From a virus (Duplodnaviria; Caudoviricetes): a stretch of 60,512 nt of DNA. This document shows, one piece after another, positions 1 to 8,741 of this stretch. Positions within the stretch are counted from its first letter, which is position 1; every line of letters begins with the position of its first letter. A program made the position numbers and the translations under genes. Under the pieces are notes generated by a model. The model worked only from the letters and a program-made list of their open reading frames with translations, was not told the DNA's origin and did not search any database. The stretch covers positions 1 to 60,512 of IMG/VR virus record IMGVR_UViG_3300010354_006477; one strand, 5' to 3'.

Positions 1-2
1 AC

Positions 3-695
3 TACTTTATACATACATGGGACACTAACACTTATAGGCCTAATACACAAACACAAGTTTACACTGATGAGCCAGTGGCTGCGGATACTGCGGAAAAAAT
101 TAAAGCAGCTTACGCACCCAAAGATTTTTGTATGGATGTCTGGCCAGGCTTTTTGGAAAGAACTAAATCGACAAGAAATTTCGACGGCATGTTTTACAGT
201 TTCATGAAAAGTGTACACATGAAGCGCCGGTATGAATTAGCCAATGACTTTGAATATGACTGTGTTATAAAGGCACGATTAGACACAATTTATAATCCCT
301 ATAATCATTTTATAGTACACACAATGAGTCCACTCATGTGCTATAGTTGTACGCCAATAGCTAGGTTTCCGCACGAGTTTCATTATAATAATTTTGACGA
401 TGTATTTTATTATGGCGACAGTAAGACCATGGATTTAGTTGCTAACATCTATAACATACATAAACAAAAAAGAGACTTATATCCGGATCTTGCTTCAATG
501 ATATATAAGGATCCGGAATTATATTACGGTCCTGGTTGTATGTTGTATAAGAATCTAATTGAAATGGCAATTCATCCTCACTGCTTTAATAGTTTTCCAT
601 GGTATGTAGTTAGAAAAAATGTAGCGGATAGTGGGCTAGATCCTATTAATGATTGGGATCAAGTAATGAAGCTTTGTATGGATTGGTATAGATGA
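3..695 (+). CDS. 5'-truncated glycosyltransferase-like protein
   Basis: The frame is open from nt 3 (YFIHTWD...), so the true start lies upstream of the window. YFIHTW, YDCVIKARLD and DDVFYYG motifs resemble viral GT-like proteins. Confidence 0.55.
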   Translation, partial: YFIHTWDTNTYRPNTQTQVYTDEPVAADTAEKIKAAYAPKDFCMDVWPGFLERTKSTRNFDGMFYSFMKSVHMKRRYELANDFEYDCVIKARLDTIYNPYNHFIVHTMSPLMCYSCTPIARFPHEFHYNNFDDVFYYGDSKTMDLVANIYNIHKQKRDLYPDLASMIYKDPELYYGPGCMLYKNLIEMAIHPHCFNSFPWYVVRKNVADSGLDPINDWDQVMKLCMDWYR

Positions 696-1594
696 GTTTA
701 TTAGACTCTGTTGATAAATTGACATTAATAACCAATGGTGATAGCTGGACCTTTGGATCTGAAATAGTCTCGCCAGAACTAGTTAAAGAAAATCCTGATG
801 CCACACATGTCTGTCAGTACGATTTTTATGAAAACAACGATGCCTATAGAGTGCCTAGAACTTATCCCAGCTACCTTGCTGAAAAGTTAAATGCTGATGT
901 GGTCAACTTGGCATGGCCTGCTGACGACAATGGCAGCATATTGCGTAGAACTATTGATTACATTACAACAAATTATATTGCTGTTAACAGATCCACTGAT
1001 GACCTTTTTGTAGTTGTAGGATGGAGTAGCCCTGAGCGTAATAGTTTTTGGTTCAAGGATGACAACACTTCGGAGCCGTTTAGACTTTGGCCTAATGTGC
1101 CAAACTTTACTCACAAAGCACAAGAAAAATTCTGGGAACTGTATGTGGCTTATTTGTGGAATCCCGAAGAATATATACCACGCTTTATACTGAACTGCAT
1201 CCAGCTAGATAACTTTTGTAGAGCACATGACATAAAATTTCTACAGTTCAATGCATTCTATCAAACACCTAACTCTAATATTGATGCATGGCAAGAACTA
1301 AACATACAACAAGAATTGAATAAGTTAAAGTTATCGGGCTATCAATATACAAATAGTAATTTAAAATATAGGCAACACAATCTTTTTGACTATTCGGCAA
1401 TATGGAATAATGTTAGAAATTTTTACAAAAAAGATCAACCTAATAGTACATTTAAAAGTTTTATTGATAATGCCGGCCTAGAACATCCTTATTGTAATAT
1501 CGGTCAAGGAGCTGGCTGGCATCCTAGTCCGCAAGCACATCAGGCTTGGGCTCAGGAGTTATACAGATATATTCAGGAAAATAATTTGCTATGA
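692..1594 (+). CDS. SGNH/GDSL-like hydrolase or acyltransferase
   Basis: N-terminal NGDSWTFG, NLAWPADDN, GWSSPER and C-terminal HP. ATGA overlap with the upstream gene. Confidence 0.7.
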   Translation: MSLLDSVDKLTLITNGDSWTFGSEIVSPELVKENPDATHVCQYDFYENNDAYRVPRTYPSYLAEKLNADVVNLAWPADDNGSILRRTIDYITTNYIAVNRSTDDLFVVVGWSSPERNSFWFKDDNTSEPFRLWPNVPNFTHKAQEKFWELYVAYLWNPEEYIPRFILNCIQLDNFCRAHDIKFLQFNAFYQTPNSNIDAWQELNIQQELNKLKLSGYQYTNSNLKYRQHNLFDYSAIWNNVRNFYKKDQPNSTFKSFIDNAGLEHPYCNIGQGAGWHPSPQAHQAWAQELYRYIQENNLL

Positions 1595-2397
1595 CAATAT
1601 TATATGCAAATGGTTGTAGCTGGACTGCTGGCATGGAGTTAGAATATGATACAGAATTGTTTAATTCTTGGCGTAGTCAACAACCAGCAGAATTTAACAT
1701 AGTCGACTACTACAATCTATATAATTGGCCTGCTTTTCTTGGAAAAAAATTAGAAGCCACTGTTATTAACGCCAGCATTGGCGGAGGATCTAATCAACGC
1801 ATGATAAGAACAACGCTAGATTATATCAACAGCTTAGATCAAAATCAGCGTGATGATTTAGTTGTAGTGTTGGGCTGGACCAGTGCCGAACGAGGAGAAA
1901 TTTACATAGAAGATCCTCGCATACCAGGCTGGCACAGATTTAACATGACACAGATGTTTGGAGATTTTTTGTATGACTATGAACGGGCCCGCGTTCCTGA
2001 CTTGGTCAAGGACATAGAAAAATACCAAGAGCATTACATAGCGTCTGGACTTAGCCTAATAGGATCAATCGAAATATATCTACAGCAGCAGTTCATGATG
2101 AAAAACACATTGGAAAATTTAGGCATTAAGTATCTATTCTTTCAAAGTGTTCCGGCATGGTGGGATGTTTGGATGCAACCAAAAGGAATCGATGTTTATA
2201 AATTATTTCCTGTGCAATTAAAAAATACTGAACACGCGAACAACATCGGTATATACTTCAATGATGCTATGCAAACTGTCTGCAATGTTCAGGGATTTAG
2301 ACATGCGCCAGCTATGCATGTTTTAATAGAGGGACATAAGTATTGGGCTGAAGAAGTTTTATATCCTAGATTAATGGAGTTATATGGCGAAGAATAA
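1591..2397 (+). CDS. SGNH/GDSL-like hydrolase or acyltransferase
   Basis: NGCSWTAG, NASIGGGSNQR, GWTSAER, C-terminal His (MHVLIEGH). Confidence 0.7.
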   Translation: MTILYANGCSWTAGMELEYDTELFNSWRSQQPAEFNIVDYYNLYNWPAFLGKKLEATVINASIGGGSNQRMIRTTLDYINSLDQNQRDDLVVVLGWTSAERGEIYIEDPRIPGWHRFNMTQMFGDFLYDYERARVPDLVKDIEKYQEHYIASGLSLIGSIEIYLQQQFMMKNTLENLGIKYLFFQSVPAWWDVWMQPKGIDVYKLFPVQLKNTEHANNIGIYFNDAMQTVCNVQGFRHAPAMHVLIEGHKYWAEEVLYPRLMELYGEE

Positions 2398-3199
2398 TAT
2401 TGTTATTTGTGGCGACAGTTTTAATATTGGCATAGGCTGTCACAATCTTGATACTGAACCTTACGGGCAGTTACTAGGCCAAACGCTAGGTAAGGATGTC
2501 ATTAACTTGGCTAAAGGATCTAGCACTAACTTCAGCATTTATTTGCAGGCACAATATGCTGCGGAAAAATATACCGACTCTGCCGATTTAGTTATTATTA
2601 GTCACACTAGCTACGATCGTGTAGATTGGTTCCCCATGGACTATGACTTCCCACGCGGCGAAATTACACTGGCAGATGTTAATTACCATCAATATCCTCC
2701 TTACGGAGAACACACATATCATGTGCATGATCATGAAGTTAGGCTCAAGCATCCTTTAGTTAATGATCCCAATTATACTGGCGCAATGTTCACTGACAAT
2801 CTTATGGGTGTTATTGACTATTGGGAAAATTTTGGCAGCAAAGACATAGACTCAGGTTACTACGCTAGATTTCGCACTGAACCAAAACAGCGCATGAAAA
2901 CTCTATACGATTATGGAACCACTATTCATGAGACCAGAATTAACAGAATTCAAACAATTGGATTGATGACCATGGCACATCAATTACTAAAGCGTGCCAA
3001 TATAAATCATTTGATCTTAACACATGAACCAGACTATTATAAAAAGTTCATTGACTCTATAAATATTTGTGAATTAAGCTGGGGACAGTTGAGCATTGAT
3101 TACCCTGACGATTTGCCAAGTTGGCATACCGGCGCAGCAGGACATCGCTGTGCCTACGATAAGATTATGGAAAAATTAAAGGAAAATGCATGGACATAA
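2384..3199 (+). CDS. SGNH/GDSL-like hydrolase or acyltransferase
   Basis: CGDSFNIG, NLAKGSSTN, TSYDR, WHTGAAGH. Confidence 0.65.
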   Translation: MAKNNIVICGDSFNIGIGCHNLDTEPYGQLLGQTLGKDVINLAKGSSTNFSIYLQAQYAAEKYTDSADLVIISHTSYDRVDWFPMDYDFPRGEITLADVNYHQYPPYGEHTYHVHDHEVRLKHPLVNDPNYTGAMFTDNLMGVIDYWENFGSKDIDSGYYARFRTEPKQRMKTLYDYGTTIHETRINRIQTIGLMTMAHQLLKRANINHLILTHEPDYYKKFIDSINICELSWGQLSIDYPDDLPSWHTGAAGHRCAYDKIMEKLKENAWT

Positions 3200-3630
3200 A
3201 AATTGTTAATAAACATTGGGGACATGAATTATGGATTGCTGACGGTGTCAGAACTCCGTATGCTTTAAAAAAGATTTTGTTCAAATCCGGCAATAGAACT
3301 AGCTTGCAAGTTCATAGAGAAAAATTTGAAACCACTTATGTATTAAGTGGCACTGGAAAACTTTATCGTAGTAAAGAATTGTTCGATATTGATAAATTCC
3401 TAGCCGACGGTATGACAGACGAAGAGGTTGTCATATATGAAAGAACATTTGATGTCATTGATTTGTATGAAGGAATGGCATTTGATATCAAGCCAGGATA
3501 TGTACACCGTGTTGTAGCAACAACTGATTTAACTTTTATTGAATCTAGTACTTGCCATTTAGACGATGTTATTAGACTTCAAGATGACAAGGGGCGCAAG
3601 CACGGAAAGATCAGCTACGAGCATGAGTAA
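3190..3630 (+). CDS. Cupin, mannose-6-phosphate isomerase type II-like sugar isomerase
   Basis: KHWGHE, TSLQVHREKFET, PGYVHR, ESST and DDVIRLQD motifs. Confidence 0.8.
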   Translation: MDIKIVNKHWGHELWIADGVRTPYALKKILFKSGNRTSLQVHREKFETTYVLSGTGKLYRSKELFDIDKFLADGMTDEEVVIYERTFDVIDLYEGMAFDIKPGYVHRVVATTDLTFIESSTCHLDDVIRLQDDKGRKHGKISYEHE

Positions 3631-5164
3631 TACAGTAATCATTCCAACTGCCGGTCTGGGCAGTCGTATGGGTAACTATACTAAAAATCTCAATAAAGCA
3701 CTGTTACCTTTTCTTGACAAGCCGGTAATTGGACACATAATTGAACAGTTTCCCAAAGACACTAGATTTGTTATTCCAGTGGGTTATCTTGCACAGCAAG
3801 TAAAAGATTTTTGCAACATTGCTTATGCTGACAGGCACATAGAGTTTGTTGATATTGATGACTGGACTGGCCCTAAAAGTGGAACAGGGTATAGTGTATT
3901 ACAATGTAAGTCAGCTATTGACGGCCCGTTTTGGTATGTGACCTGCGACACTTATTTTGATCAGCCTATTATGGATAGAGTTCGAAATAAGGATTGCTAT
4001 TTTGTAAAACATGTGCCTGAAAACATCACCAGTTTATACACTATGTTTAAAATTGGTCGTGATTCTACAATACAGGATATTACTTTCAAGCAGCAGCAAA
4101 ATTCAGAATGGGCAGCATGGACTGGGCTAATGTACATACACGATTGGCAAAAGTTCTTCGATGACTTAACTGAGCACAATGGTACAGAATTTATACCCAT
4201 TATCCGTCGTGGTAGCGATACTGCAATATTAGATACATGGCTTGACTTCGGCAGCGCAGAACAGTATACTACTGCATTAAGCAAAAGCCAGAAATTTGAT
4301 TTTAGTAAAACCAACGAAGTAACTTATATCTGCAATAACAAAGTTGTCAAGTGGTGGTTAGACAGTTCTGTAGCCAAAAAGAAATATGACAAAACTCAGG
4401 CTAATCCTAATGTGTTTCCTAGTCGCTGTGAATATGTGGGCAATTATATGGCCTATGATTTCCATCCAGGACAGACTTTATATAGTTTTAATCATCCTGT
4501 TGTATTCACAGACTATCTTGCTTGGCTAAAGAGGGATGTGTGGCAACCAGTAGACTTGGATCTTAGAGCCGCTTGTATAGAATTTTACAAAACAAAAACA
4601 CTGGCCAGAGTCGATAAGTTTTTACAAAAATATCCTGCACTCAGTGAAATTAAGTACATCGATGGCGTCGAAGTTAAAGACTACAAATACTATTTAGATA
4701 GCATAGATTGGGATTACTTATCTACAACTTATGCAGCAGGATTTACACACGGCGATTTACATTTTGATAATACTATTATCGGCCCGCGTGGAGACTTTAA
4801 AGTAATTGATTGGCGTCATGAGTTTGCTGATATAGTAGAGTATGGCGACATATACTACGACTTGGCCAAGCTCATGGGAGGCTTTGTAATCAATTATGCT
4901 AATATCAAAGAGCATAATTTTAATATTGAAATAGATGGCGACTCGGTTACATTAAGTGTACCGCATGTGGATCATTATGATGTGTATATCAAGCGTCTTA
5001 AAGAGTTTGTTATAAGCGAAGGTTACGACTACAAAAAGGTACAACTGTTAGTACCTATTATATTTTGGAATATGAGCCCGCTGCATACTGCACCATTTGA
5101 TTTATTTTTGTGGTATTTAGGTATTAAATTATTTCAGGAAATAGAAAATGCAAACGCTAATTGA
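3623..5164 (+). CDS. Sugar nucleotidyltransferase fused to an APH/choline-kinase-like phosphotransferase
   Basis: N-terminal IPTAGLGSRMG...NKALLP and WLDFG; C-terminal HGDLHFDN, IDWR and YYDLAK. Start moved to the ATG at 3623. Confidence 0.85.
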   Translation: MSNTVIIPTAGLGSRMGNYTKNLNKALLPFLDKPVIGHIIEQFPKDTRFVIPVGYLAQQVKDFCNIAYADRHIEFVDIDDWTGPKSGTGYSVLQCKSAIDGPFWYVTCDTYFDQPIMDRVRNKDCYFVKHVPENITSLYTMFKIGRDSTIQDITFKQQQNSEWAAWTGLMYIHDWQKFFDDLTEHNGTEFIPIIRRGSDTAILDTWLDFGSAEQYTTALSKSQKFDFSKTNEVTYICNNKVVKWWLDSSVAKKKYDKTQANPNVFPSRCEYVGNYMAYDFHPGQTLYSFNHPVVFTDYLAWLKRDVWQPVDLDLRAACIEFYKTKTLARVDKFLQKYPALSEIKYIDGVEVKDYKYYLDSIDWDYLSTTYAAGFTHGDLHFDNTIIGPRGDFKVIDWRHEFADIVEYGDIYYDLAKLMGGFVINYANIKEHNFNIEIDGDSVTLSVPHVDHYDVYIKRLKEFVISEGYDYKKVQLLVPIIFWNMSPLHTAPFDLFLWYLGIKLFQEIENANAN

Positions 5165-5480
5165 AAATCTAAGTCGAGATTACTTTCTCGCATTTACTCT
5201 CAAAGACTCTGCAGAGCTGTCAAGAATGTTTGACGAAACTGTTGAGCTTGTTGATTGGGAAATGAATCTACATGGCCGTGATGCAGTAATGACTAACAAT
5301 CAAGAGTTATTTAATAGTGTCGGCACTATTAAAGTTGTGCCTGAAATAATTGCAGTATATGGTTTAACTGCTATGGCTAAAATTCTAGTAGAAATTGACG
5401 GCATAAAATTAAAAGTAGTCGACATTATTACATTTAATAACTTAGGAAAAATTATTAAGTTAGAAGCATACAAGCAATGA
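5148..5480 (+). CDS. SnoaL/NTF2-like protein
   Basis: 110 aa with the YF.AF..KD...L..MF, LVDWE, GRDAV and VVDIITFN..GKI..L.AYK pattern. Confidence 0.7.
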   Translation: MQTLIENLSRDYFLAFTLKDSAELSRMFDETVELVDWEMNLHGRDAVMTNNQELFNSVGTIKVVPEIIAVYGLTAMAKILVEIDGIKLKVVDIITFNNLGKIIKLEAYKQ

Positions 5481-6199
5481 AAAAATTTATTAGCCTGAGT
5501 CAGTATCCCGGAAAGACCGGACAATACTTTTACACAAAATTTTTTGAGCATTACGGTATTAATGCTACATATGAACCTAGAGGCACAGACAACTTAGTAC
5601 AAAGCCTGTCCTATGCTATAGAAGAACAAGTTGCAGGCATTAGTGTCAGCATGCCGTTTAAAAAAGAGGTGGTTAAATATTTGGACGATGTAAGCGCCTA
5701 TGTAGATATATACAATAGCTGCAATACTATAACGGTTAAAGATAAAAAACTTGTTGGATATAACACCGATATTGCTGGCATAGAATGGGCTTGCAAGGAA
5801 ATTAAGAATGCTAATAGGATCACTATCCTAGGAAGCGGCGCAATGGCATCTAGTTTTATTCGTCGATTGGAATCAGACAACTATGGTGCAATTAATATTG
5901 CAGCAAGGGCACTTGGCACTTGGGATCAAAAGGACCTAGATACTGATATAATAATTAATGCCACAGCCTTTGGTACGATGTCAGCTGAAAGTCCTTATAC
6001 CAAATTACCCAATGGTGTTAAATTAGTAATTGATTTGGCAGTTAAAGAAAACGATTTAACAAAACAATGCTTGGATGCTGGAGTTAAATATTTGTCAGGT
6101 AAGGAATTCTATAAACAACAATTTTTAGCTCAGTTTAAAGTTTATACGGGTATAACAGCTGAGCCTGATTTGTTTGATAAATTTGAAAGACAGCAATAA
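5477..6199 (+). CDS. Shikimate dehydrogenase-like (AroE family) oxidoreductase
   Basis: SVSMPFK, SCNTI, GYNTD, LGSGAMA, IINAT motifs. Confidence 0.8.
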   Translation: MKKFISLSQYPGKTGQYFYTKFFEHYGINATYEPRGTDNLVQSLSYAIEEQVAGISVSMPFKKEVVKYLDDVSAYVDIYNSCNTITVKDKKLVGYNTDIAGIEWACKEIKNANRITILGSGAMASSFIRRLESDNYGAINIAARALGTWDQKDLDTDIIINATAFGTMSAESPYTKLPNGVKLVIDLAVKENDLTKQCLDAGVKYLSGKEFYKQQFLAQFKVYTGITAEPDLFDKFERQQ

Positions 6200-7272
6200 T
6201 GGATATAAAAAAATTTAAACTAGGCTTCGGCCCGATGAGTGATGAAATAATTCGAATACTAGCAGAACATACAAAAGAATATCCTTTAATGATTATTGCT
6301 AGTAGAAATCAAGTTGATTTTGATTCTGGCTATGTATGCACCACACACGAACTAGCAGCTAAAGTAAAAGCCTTTCGCGGTGATAATTTGTTGTTATGTA
6401 GAGATCATTGTGGTCCATACTTTAGCGACAAAGACAAAGGGCTACCAATTGCTGATGCAATTGTAAGATGTAAACAAACTATACAAGCAGACATTGCTGC
6501 TGGCTTCGATTTAATTCATATCGATGTTAGTCGCATACCTGAAAATCAATTGAGTTACGCCACCGAACTTATTGATTTCACACTAAGCATTAAACCTGAC
6601 ATGCTGTTAGAGTTTGGTAGTGAAGACAATACAGGTGTGGATATTAATAGTAGCATTGGAAGAATTGAAAGCCAGCTAGAGTTTTTAGCCAAGTACCATA
6701 AAAATGTTAAGTTCTTTGTGACACAAACTGGTAGTCTAACTAAAGATAATCAAGTGGGAAGTTTTGATGTCAATCGAAACCATCGAGTAAGTTTACAATT
6801 ACACAACGCAGGTTTTTTATTTAAAGAACATAATGCAGATTATTTTACTGAGTCGGATATTGAATTAAGAATCAAAGGCGGAGTTGATAGCTTAAACATT
6901 GCACCGCAGTTAGGAAAGATTCAAACTGATTTACTAAAAGAATTTAGTCCTGAAAATTTATGGTCGAAATTTGCTGACATGGTTTACAGCAAAAATTATT
7001 GGCAACGGTGGGTAGCCGAAGGCGTAACTGACAAAGATATCGCCGTAAGCGTTAGCGGTCATTATTGCTTTAACAGTGACGAGTATCGTGCTATTATGAC
7101 CGCCATTGATGTCGACGACTTTGTTAAACAGCTAAAATCAAAAATCGAATCATTATTAGTTTTATACAAAAAGTTTGACCAAAGCCATAATTCTGCCGAA
7201 GCAGAGTTCGAAAAGAAACTACGACTACGGTTAGAAGAACTGCGTCGAAGAGATCCATTTATATATCGATGA
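6199..7272 (+). CDS. GatZ/KbaZ-like (tagatose-phosphate aldolase/epimerase) TIM-barrel protein
   Basis: ASRNQVD, RDHCGP, AGFDLIHID, EFGSE, KEHNADY and NIAPQLG motifs. Confidence 0.7.
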   Translation: MDIKKFKLGFGPMSDEIIRILAEHTKEYPLMIIASRNQVDFDSGYVCTTHELAAKVKAFRGDNLLLCRDHCGPYFSDKDKGLPIADAIVRCKQTIQADIAAGFDLIHIDVSRIPENQLSYATELIDFTLSIKPDMLLEFGSEDNTGVDINSSIGRIESQLEFLAKYHKNVKFFVTQTGSLTKDNQVGSFDVNRNHRVSLQLHNAGFLFKEHNADYFTESDIELRIKGGVDSLNIAPQLGKIQTDLLKEFSPENLWSKFADMVYSKNYWQRWVAEGVTDKDIAVSVSGHYCFNSDEYRAIMTAIDVDDFVKQLKSKIESLLVLYKKFDQSHNSAEAEFEKKLRLRLEELRRRDPFIYR

Positions 7273-8741
7273 ATATTTGGGGAATAAGTGCTAACAGTCA
7301 TGATGCTGCCGTCAGTGTTTGGCACGATAAAGAATTAAAATTTGCAGCACACAGCGAACGCTATAGCGGCATCAAAAATGATGGCGATCTCTGTGCAGGT
7401 ATTATTACTGATGCAGAACAGTTTGGTCGTCCAGATTTAATTGTTTGGTATGAGGATCCAAAACTTAAAACTGCTAGACAATATATTGCCGGCCAAGGAG
7501 ATCGTACAAAGGAAAATGATGTTGTCTCATACCTAGCCAAGTATAATCTTACCGCACCGGTTCATATTGGTCAACATCATCATAGTCATGCTGCTGCTGG
7601 ATATTACACTGGCGGTTTTAAAGATGCTACAGTTATAGTTATTGATAGCATAGGCGAGTTTGAAACTTTAACAGTTTGGACCGGAGTCGACAATAAACTA
7701 ACTAAGCAATATAGTCAAAGTTATCCAGACAGTGTTGGTCTTTGGTTCAGTGCAATGACACAGCGTTGCGGTTTAAAACCCAACGAAGAAGAATATATCC
7801 TTATGGGTATGGCTGCTTATGGTGATCCCAATAGATTAAAGGCAGACATATATAACGATTTCTTTGATACTATACGCGGCGCAGAAATTAAATTCAAGCG
7901 TAACTTACATCGAGGATGCCCGGACTGGAGATTAGATCTTCTTAAAGAGCAAGATATATTTGATATTGCCGCAGCAACACAACAAATTTATATTGAATTA
8001 CTGCAAGGCATTGTCGCTTGGGCCAAAAGAACATTACCTAGTAGTAATCTAATACTCATGGGAGGTTGTGCTCTCAATTGTGTAGCTAATAGCGAAATTA
8101 CAGCAGGATGGAATAATGTTTGGATCATGCCCAATCCTGGCGATGCTGGTTCAGCTGTTGGAGCAGTCTGCGGTTATTTTGAAGAACATGTTGTTTGGCC
8201 TGGCCCATATTTAGGCACAGACATGGGGAAGCAATATCCTGTTGAACAACTTATTGAAAACTTAAAGCGTGACAAAATAGTTGGTGTTGCTAGTGGACGA
8301 GCTGAATACGGTCCCCGTGCATTGGGTCATCGTAGTTTATTAGCAGATCCGCGCGGCCCGGATATCAAAGATAAAGTCAATGACATTAAACGCAGACAAA
8401 AGTTCCGTCCATTTGCTCCGGCTATTTTGGAAGAACATGTACACGAATATTTTGAAATGCCTGCCGGAATAACGGCAAGTCCGTTTATGCAATTTGTGGC
8501 AAAGTGTAGACAACCTGACTTGTTTCCTGCTATAATACATGGAGATGGCACAAGCCGAGTTCAAACTGTTAGTAAGAACGATAGTCCGGGATTCAGAAAA
8601 TTGTTAGAAGATTGGTACAGCGAAACTGGATGTCCGATGTTGTTGAATACAAGTTTGAACATTAAAGGTCAACCAATGGTAAATGATATCAAGGATGCAG
8701 CAGCGTTCTACGAACGATATCATGTGCCAGTACTAACATGA
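7269..8741 (+). CDS. O-carbamoyltransferase, NodU/CmcH family
   Basis: HDAA, ERYS.IKND, HHHSHAA, MGMAAYG, GGCALNC, GDAG, EYGPRALGHRS, RPFAP and LLNTSLN motifs. Confidence 0.95.
   Translation: MNIWGISANSHDAAVSVWHDKELKFAAHSERYSGIKNDGDLCAGIITDAEQFGRPDLIVWYEDPKLKTARQYIAGQGDRTKENDVVSYLAKYNLTAPVHIGQHHHSHAAAGYYTGGFKDATVIVIDSIGEFETLTVWTGVDNKLTKQYSQSYPDSVGLWFSAMTQRCGLKPNEEEYILMGMAAYGDPNRLKADIYNDFFDTIRGAEIKFKRNLHRGCPDWRLDLLKEQDIFDIAAATQQIYIELLQGIVAWAKRTLPSSNLILMGGCALNCVANSEITAGWNNVWIMPNPGDAGSAVGAVCGYFEEHVVWPGPYLGTDMGKQYPVEQLIENLKRDKIVGVASGRAEYGPRALGHRSLLADPRGPDIKDKVNDIKRRQKFRPFAPAILEEHVHEYFEMPAGITASPFMQFVAKCRQPDLFPAIIHGDGTSRVQTVSKNDSPGFRKLLEDWYSETGCPMLLNTSLNIKGQPMVNDIKDAAAFYERYHVPVLT

Noticed and set aside
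5477-7272. Auxiliary genes for aromatic amino acid synthesis or galactitol catabolism
   Set aside because: No other genes of those pathways are present, and the context points to repurposing in the modification cluster.
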